Shown one piece after another: positions 58,467 through 64,000 of a stretch of 64,000 bases of DNA; positions within the stretch are counted from its first letter, which is position 1, and each line of letters starts with the position of its first letter. Where the stretch lies: positions 576,001 through 640,000 of the forward strand of contig CAXXVS010000003.1 in the NCBI GenBank assembly GCA_963674755.2, read 5' to 3'. The notes beneath the pieces were generated by a model. That model did not search any database. It saw only the letters and a list, made by a program, of their open reading frames with translations, and was not told the origin of the DNA. Source of the stretch: Desulfobacterales bacterium. Lineage in GTDB: Bacteria; Desulfobacterota; Desulfobacteria; Desulfobacterales; UBA5852. Both the position numbers and the translations under genes were made by a program.

Positions 58467-60176
58467 GTGCGTACCATGACCGCACGGCAATGTTTCCTCC
58501 TTAAAAATCGGATGCTGGCGACCAACATCCTGGCCAACCTGATTGGTGCCGTGGTCATTACCAATTTGGTCTCGCCCCTTGAACTTGCCGAATTGGGCCA
58601 TCGGCAATTCGTTTTGATCCAGATGAGTTCCACCCCTTTGCTTTTCTTGCTGGGCTTGGTGGCTTTCATCCTCTACGAGCATCCCATACGCGGTTACCTC
58701 CAACAGTGCGACCCCGGCACGGAGGGACGACTCGTCCCGCCACAGTTGGTGCTGCGCCGCTTATTGAATGAGCCGTTCTTTGCGATGGCCCTCGATTTCG
58801 TTATATGGCTTTTAGCCGCGGTTTTCTGGTCCACCTATTTTGGGCGGATGGGCGAACCGGATTACGTGACCCGGCGAGCCTTTCTGATAAACCTGAACAT
58901 CGGCCTCATCACCAGCGTGATTGCCTTTTTTTCCCTGGAGCATATCTCCCAAAGAGCACTGGCGCCGTTCTTTTTCCCCAACGGTCAAATTTACAAAGTC
59001 CCGGGGACAATCCGCATCAGCATCCGGGTACGCTTGGCGGCCATGCTGTTCGCCTGCAATTTGGTGCCCTTTTTGGCGATGCTTCAAGCCTACTTCAACT
59101 TGTCGAGCATTGGCGATCCACCGGGCGCTATTCTGGAGCATCTGGGAGAGCTTCTGGTGACCAACTCCCTGCTGTTCATGGCGACAGGGGTATGGATATG
59201 GGTTCTGGTGAGCGCGAACCTCTCCCGTCCGTTTGCGTCGATCATCCGGACGCTCAACCGGGTCCGGGAGGGCCATTTCGACGACCGGGTGCGCGTGACC
59301 TCCAACGACGAGATCGGCTACACCGGGGACGTGATCAACCAGATGACCGAGGGCCTCAAGGAACGGGAGCAGATGCGCATGTCCATGATGCTGGCCCGGG
59401 AAGTACAACAAAACCTGTTGCCCCATAAAGCGGCCCGGCTGGAGGGCCTCGACATGGCCGGCACCAGTATTTATTGTGATGAAACCGGCGGGGATTACTA
59501 CGACTATATCCGCTATGCAAGCGGCGCCTCCGACGGTATGCCCCTGGCGGTGGTGGTGGGGGATGTATCGGGTCATGGCGTGCCCTCGGCCCTTCTCATG
59601 ACCACGGTCCGCGCGCTCTTGCGCCAGCGTCTGTCCCTTCCGGGCGATCTGGCGGCCGTCTTCAAGGACGTCAACCGCCAACTGGCCCAGGATGTGGGAG
59701 ATTCGGGGCGGTTTGTGACGCTGACAGCACTGGCCGTCAACCCCGGGACCGGATCCCTTGTCTGGGTGCGGGCCGGCCACGACCCGGCCATTCTATACGA
59801 CCCCGGCGCCAGGCGCTTCACCAGCCTGGCCGGGCCGGGGTTGGCCCTGGGGGTGGACGGTGCGTTTGACTATGTGTTGCAGCGCCGTGATCATCTGACT
59901 CCGGGCAGCATTATCCTGATAGGAACGGACGGCCTCTGGGAAGCCTGTAATGCCCAAGGCGATATGTTCGGCAAAGAACGTGTTCGGGAGGTGCTCCGGC
60001 GTCATGTCGGGGAGCCGGCCGCCGTGATCCGGGATGGGTTGGTGGCGGCCCTGGGGAACTTTCGGGGACGCGCCGATCTGGAGGATGATGTCACGCTGGT
60101 GGTGATCAAGTTCGAGCCCGCCCAGGCTGTCCCCCGGGATGCCATGGATCGGAACCCTGTTCCAGCGCGGTCTTGA
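58467..60176 (+). CDS. HAMP-domain SpoIIE/RsbU (PP2C) phosphatase
   Basis: TM segments, HAMP (NDEIG), GGDYYD, GDVSGHG, AGH, TDGL, DDVT. Confidence 0.92.
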   Translation: MRTMTARQCFLLKNRMLATNILANLIGAVVITNLVSPLELAELGHRQFVLIQMSSTPLLFLLGLVAFILYEHPIRGYLQQCDPGTEGRLVPPQLVLRRLLNEPFFAMALDFVIWLLAAVFWSTYFGRMGEPDYVTRRAFLINLNIGLITSVIAFFSLEHISQRALAPFFFPNGQIYKVPGTIRISIRVRLAAMLFACNLVPFLAMLQAYFNLSSIGDPPGAILEHLGELLVTNSLLFMATGVWIWVLVSANLSRPFASIIRTLNRVREGHFDDRVRVTSNDEIGYTGDVINQMTEGLKEREQMRMSMMLAREVQQNLLPHKAARLEGLDMAGTSIYCDETGGDYYDYIRYASGASDGMPLAVVVGDVSGHGVPSALLMTTVRALLRQRLSLPGDLAAVFKDVNRQLAQDVGDSGRFVTLTALAVNPGTGSLVWVRAGHDPAILYDPGARRFTSLAGPGLALGVDGAFDYVLQRRDHLTPGSIILIGTDGLWEACNAQGDMFGKERVREVLRRHVGEPAAVIRDGLVAALGNFRGRADLEDDVTLVVIKFEPAQAVPRDAMDRNPVPARS

Positions 60177-60202
60177 TCGCTTGTTTGCATAGAGGAGTTT
60201 AT

Positions 60203-60646
60203 ATGGAGGAACTGCTGCAGGACTTTCCGGTTACAATCCGGCTCCCCGTTGCCTGGGGCGAGATGGACGCGTTTCAGCATGTCAACAACGTGGTCTATTT
60301 CCGCTATTTCGAAAGCGCGCGCATTGCCTATTTCGATGCCATCGAAATCATGAATGTCATGGAGACCACCGGCGTGGGGCCGATCCTGGCCGAGACCCGC
60401 TGCCGCTACCGGATCCCCCTCACTTTTCCGGACACGGTCACGGTGGGGGTCCGGGTCAGTGCCCTGGCACCGCAAGGCTTTACGATGCAGTATGCCGTGG
60501 CCAGCCGCCGGCACGGCAAGCTCGCCGCTGAAGGGGACGGGCGCATCGTCACCATCGATTATGCCGGCGGGGGCAAAACCGATCTGCCCGGGGTGGTGCG
60601 CGAACGCATCCTGTCCCTGGAGGGGGAGCGTTTGGGGGCATCGTGA
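60203..60646 (+). CDS. Acyl-CoA thioesterase (4HBT-like)
   Basis: WGEMDAFQHVNNVVYFRYFE; GAGGAG RBS. Confidence 0.9.
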   Translation: MEELLQDFPVTIRLPVAWGEMDAFQHVNNVVYFRYFESARIAYFDAIEIMNVMETTGVGPILAETRCRYRIPLTFPDTVTVGVRVSALAPQGFTMQYAVASRRHGKLAAEGDGRIVTIDYAGGGKTDLPGVVRERILSLEGERLGAS

Positions 60647-60647
60647 G

Positions 60648-61214
60648 ATGAACGAAAAAAGCATGAACGCACCCCATCCAATTCCCCCATCGCCGCCGCG
60701 CGGCTTCGACCCTTTCACCGATCGTCCCTCGCGTACCGTGCGCAACGCGCTTGCGATACAGCTGAAGGCCTGCATTGCCGCCGGGGAGATGTTCGGTGAT
60801 GCGCCCCGGGATCTCGTGCAGCAATTTCCGCAGCCGCCCTATAGGGCCTACATGCAGGACCGGGTGGAACGCTACCGGGCGGCAACGCGCGACATATTGG
60901 CGAGCGGTGCCGAACCGCTGGCCCAGGCCGCCATTCTGCATCGTCACGGCTTGTATTTCGAATCGCACGAGATTCTGGAACCTTACTGGCTGGCAACATC
61001 CGGCCGGAAGCGCGAGGGGTTGAAGGGCCTGATCCAGGCGATCGGAGTCGATGTCCATCGGGAAGCCGGGCACACGGCCGCCGCCGAAAGCCTGGCGCGC
61101 AAGGCGGTGGCGCGGCTGCGCCGGTTCGGGGATGCCCTCCGCGATCAGCAGGCGATCGACATTGATAAACTGGTGACCCGGTTGACCCTCATAATCGACG
61201 CCGCGGGCCGCTAA
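60648..61214 (+). CDS. DUF309-like domain protein
   Basis: YFESHEILEPYW...GLKGLIQ motif. Confidence 0.75.
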   Translation: MNEKSMNAPHPIPPSPPRGFDPFTDRPSRTVRNALAIQLKACIAAGEMFGDAPRDLVQQFPQPPYRAYMQDRVERYRAATRDILASGAEPLAQAAILHRHGLYFESHEILEPYWLATSGRKREGLKGLIQAIGVDVHREAGHTAAAESLARKAVARLRRFGDALRDQQAIDIDKLVTRLTLIIDAAGR

Positions 61215-61289
61215 AAACTCCAGGCGTTTGGTATTCGTCCAACGGCGGCCTTCGGCGGGATCTTGAAAACGACAGGCAGACCATAGCTC

Positions 61290-62291
61290 ATGATGGAGAA
61301 AAGACAGCAGCGGTTGAGGATTACCGGCGGATTGATATCCCTGGTGGTGGGCGCAGGCCTCATGGCATGCAAATTTTATATTTACCGTTTGACCGGTTCT
61401 TCGGCCGTGCTTTCCGACGCCCTGGAATCCATCATCAATGTGGTCGCCAGCACTTTTGCCATCGTCAGCATTATCATGTCGGCCATGCCGCCCGATGAAA
61501 GCCATCCTTACGGTCACGGCAAAATCGAATTTTTTTCGGCCGGCTTTGAAGGTGCCCTGATCGTGCTGGCGGCCCTGGGCATTTTCCGGGTGGGTGCCGG
61601 TCATCTGCTGGCGCCCCGCCCACTGCCCCAGCTGGATATGGGCGTGCTGTTGCTGGTGGCGGTCAGCGCGGTCAATCTCCTCCTGGGCTTCGGTCTGGTA
61701 CGGGTCGGGCGGCGGACACGCTCCATCACGCTGGAGGCCGACGGCCGCCACGTCCTCACGGACGTTTATACTTCGGCAGGTGTGGTGATCGGACTGGTGC
61801 TGGTGCGCTTGACCGAGTGGTATTGGATGGACGGGCTGGTGGCTTGCCTGGTGGGGGTTCATATCCTTTTTGTGGGCGTGCGTCTGATAAGATCGTCCTT
61901 CAAGGGTCTCATGGATGCCGCCGATCCCGAGGTGCTCAAACTGATTGCGGATGTCATCCTGGCCCACCGCCGGCCCGTCTGGATCGACATCCACAAACTG
62001 CGTGCCTGGAACGCCGGTTCCCGCATCCACGTGGACCTCCATTTGATCCTGCCCCGGGACATGCCCCTGGAAGACGCCCATCAGGAAGCCGACGACTTGG
62101 AGCATGCCATCCTCAAGGAAGTGCCCGGGGCGGAGAGCGTGCTGGTGCACATGGACCCCTGCGAAGAAGACAAATGCCCGGTCTGCGGTCGTTCCGACTG
62201 CAAACACCGGGAACGCCGTTTTCGCCACGCATCGACCTGGTCGGCGGCGACCATGACAGCCACCGCTTTCGAACTGACAAAGGGTCACTGA
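61290..62291 (+). CDS. Cation diffusion facilitator (FieF-like) with Cys-rich C-terminus
   Basis: LSDALES, HPYGHGKIE, HVLTD, VHMDPC....CPVC....C. Confidence 0.92.
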   Translation: MMEKRQQRLRITGGLISLVVGAGLMACKFYIYRLTGSSAVLSDALESIINVVASTFAIVSIIMSAMPPDESHPYGHGKIEFFSAGFEGALIVLAALGIFRVGAGHLLAPRPLPQLDMGVLLLVAVSAVNLLLGFGLVRVGRRTRSITLEADGRHVLTDVYTSAGVVIGLVLVRLTEWYWMDGLVACLVGVHILFVGVRLIRSSFKGLMDAADPEVLKLIADVILAHRRPVWIDIHKLRAWNAGSRIHVDLHLILPRDMPLEDAHQEADDLEHAILKEVPGAESVLVHMDPCEEDKCPVCGRSDCKHRERRFRHASTWSAATMTATAFELTKGH

Positions 62292-62363
62292 GCGGCGCTT
62301 CAGGCCCGATCGGGTTTAAGAGGCCCCAAGGGTCACCAACCTCATGATTTAAGGATAAGAGCG

Positions 62364-63095
62364 ATGAAACGTTTTCGCTGGCTTGTGATCGTACTAGCGG
62401 TGACCTGGGCCGGAGCGGTTTCGAACGCTGCCGGTGGATGGTCGGATGTGCTCAAGAACACCTTGAATTCCTTCGGCAACGGCAACCAGCTCGACACCGC
62501 CCAGATCGTCGACGGGCTCAAGGAGGCGCTGGAGATTGGCACCTCCCAGGCCGTACAGCTGGCCGGCCGGGAGAACGGCTATTTCAACAACCCGGAAATC
62601 AAGATTCCCCTGCCCGACACCATTGCCAAGACCGAAACCCTGGTCCGGGCGGCCGGTATGGGGGATCAGCTGGATACCTTCGTGCTCAGCATGAACCGGG
62701 CGGCCGAGCAAGCCGCCCCCGAGGCCAAATCGATTTTCTGGGATGCCATCAAGCAAATGCACATCGACGATGCCAAACGCATCCTCAACGGCCGGGACAA
62801 CGAAGCGACCCTTTATTTTCAGGAAAAGACCACGGGTCAGCTGACCACCGTATTCAAACCGCTGGTCCACCAGGCCATGGAAAAGGTGGGCGTGACCCAG
62901 GAATACCAGACCTTGCAGGCGGAGACCGCCGCTATCCCCTTCCTATCGGACTGGATGGTGAATCTGGATGATTATGTGACCGCCCAGGCCCTGGATGGGC
63001 TCTTTAAACTGGTGGCGGATGAGGAGGCCAAGATTCGGCAGGATCCGGCGGCCCGGGTGACCGATCTGCTGAAAGAAGTATTCGCATCCCAATAA
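62364..63095 (+). CDS. DUF4197-like secreted protein
   Basis: GLKEAL, IKIPLP, SMNRAAE, ALDGLF....EE.KIR.DP.AR.TDLL..VF. Confidence 0.85.
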   Translation: MKRFRWLVIVLAVTWAGAVSNAAGGWSDVLKNTLNSFGNGNQLDTAQIVDGLKEALEIGTSQAVQLAGRENGYFNNPEIKIPLPDTIAKTETLVRAAGMGDQLDTFVLSMNRAAEQAAPEAKSIFWDAIKQMHIDDAKRILNGRDNEATLYFQEKTTGQLTTVFKPLVHQAMEKVGVTQEYQTLQAETAAIPFLSDWMVNLDDYVTAQALDGLFKLVADEEAKIRQDPAARVTDLLKEVFASQ

Positions 63096-63128
63096 AAAAA
63101 GCCCCACAGGCCACTCCTGTGGGGCTTT
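63094..63128. terminator. Bidirectional intrinsic terminator between convergent genes
   Basis: A7-GCCCCACAGG-N5-CCTGTGGGGC-TTT. Confidence 0.85.
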
Positions 63129-63148
63129 CATATCTTGGAAACGACAGT

Positions 63149-64000
63149 TTATTTTTTGTCGTCTTTGACTTCCTCGAAATCCGCGTCCACGACATCATCC
63201 TGTTGCGGACCGCTCCCGGCATCCTGCTGAGGGCCGGCTTCCGGCTCGCCGGAAGCGCCCTGGGAGGCTTGCTGGTACATGGCTTCGGCCAATTTATGGG
63301 AGGCCTGGGTCAGGGCTTCGCTGAGGCGCTTGATTTCTTCCGGATCGTCGCCCTCCATGGCCTTGCGCAGGGGTTCGATGGCATCCTGGGCCTTTTTCTT
63401 GGCGTCTTCGTCCACTTTGTCGCCCAGGTCCTTGATGGATTTTTCAGTGGAGTAGATCAAGGTGTCGGCCTGGTTGCGAGCCTCCACCAAGTCCTTTTTC
63501 TTGCGGTCATCTTCGGCGTGCATCTCGGCTTCCTTGATGGCTGCGTCGATTTCTTCTTTGGACAGACCGCTGGAGGCTGTAATCTGAATGGATTGCTCCT
63601 TACTGGTGGCCAGGTCCTTGGCCGATACGCTGACGATACCGTTGGCATCGATGTCGAAAGTGACCTCGATCTGAGGTACGCCGCGCGGCGCCGGGGGAAT
63701 GCCCACCAGTTCGAAACGCCCCAGGGTTTTGTTGCCGCTGGCCATTTCGCGTTCACCCTGCAGGACATGGATCGACACCGCCGGCTGGCTGTCGGCCGCC
63801 GTGGAGAAAATCTGGCTCTTGCGGGTGGGGATGGTGGTGTTCTTTTCGATCAGGCGGGTCATCACCCCGCCCAGGGTTTCGATGCCCAGGGACAAGGGGG
63901 TGACATCCAACAGCAGGACGTCCTTGACATCCCCCTGGAGGACGCCGCCCTGGATGGCGGCGCCGATGGCCACCACTTCGTCCGGGTTGACGCCCCGGTG
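63149..64000 (-). CDS. dnaK: Chaperone DnaK, 3' part (runs off right edge)
   Basis: [60 protein letters not shown]. Confidence 0.97.
   Translation of the reverse strand, partial: HRGVNPDEVVAIGAAIQGGVLQGDVKDVLLLDVTPLSLGIETLGGVMTRLIEKNTTIPTRKSQIFSTAADSQPAVSIHVLQGEREMASGNKTLGRFELVGIPPAPRGVPQIEVTFDIDANGIVSVSAKDLATSKEQSIQITASSGLSKEEIDAAIKEAEMHAEDDRKKKDLVEARNQADTLIYSTEKSIKDLGDKVDEDAKKKAQDAIEPLRKAMEGDDPEEIKRLSEALTQASHKLAEAMYQQASQGASGEPEAGPQQDAGSGPQQDDVVDADFEEVKDDKK

Noticed and set aside
1..64000. CRISPR array, tRNA or rRNA genes
   Set aside because: No regularly spaced repeat-spacer units or recognisable tRNA/rRNA sequence seen by eye

Overview
A mostly GC-rich bacterial chromosomal window. Gene content (sigma-54 regulators, Fe-alcohol dehydrogenases, a RAYT-type transposase) suggests a Desulfobacterota-like organism, which is an inference. 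From left to right it holds: an alcohol utilisation and sensing locus (Zn-ADH, NtrC-type regulator, PAS kinase, ErcA-like Fe-ADH, divergent Fe-ADH with a sigma-54 promoter); kup; an aminotransferase/CoA-transferase/deacylase catabolic operon; an ~8 kb signalling block between two diverged copies of a secreted-protein pair (left copy decaying); an MtfA-like peptidase; a RAYT/Y1 transposase with a truncated tandem copy; pbpC and an LprI-fused alpha-2-macroglobulin; a visibly AT-rich islet (~38.6-40.9 kb); then transport and housekeeping genes ending in the 3' part of dnaK. The best candidate for a poorly described system is in the islet. A ~989-bp integron-type cassette bounded by two attC-like sites carries a DUF3800-family putative nuclease. 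It also carries a convergent ~60-nt structured RNA with its own sigma-70 promoter and terminator. This suggests an RNA-protein module (RNA-antitoxin, addiction or defence type). All calls come from reading sequence and motifs by eye; no searches were run.
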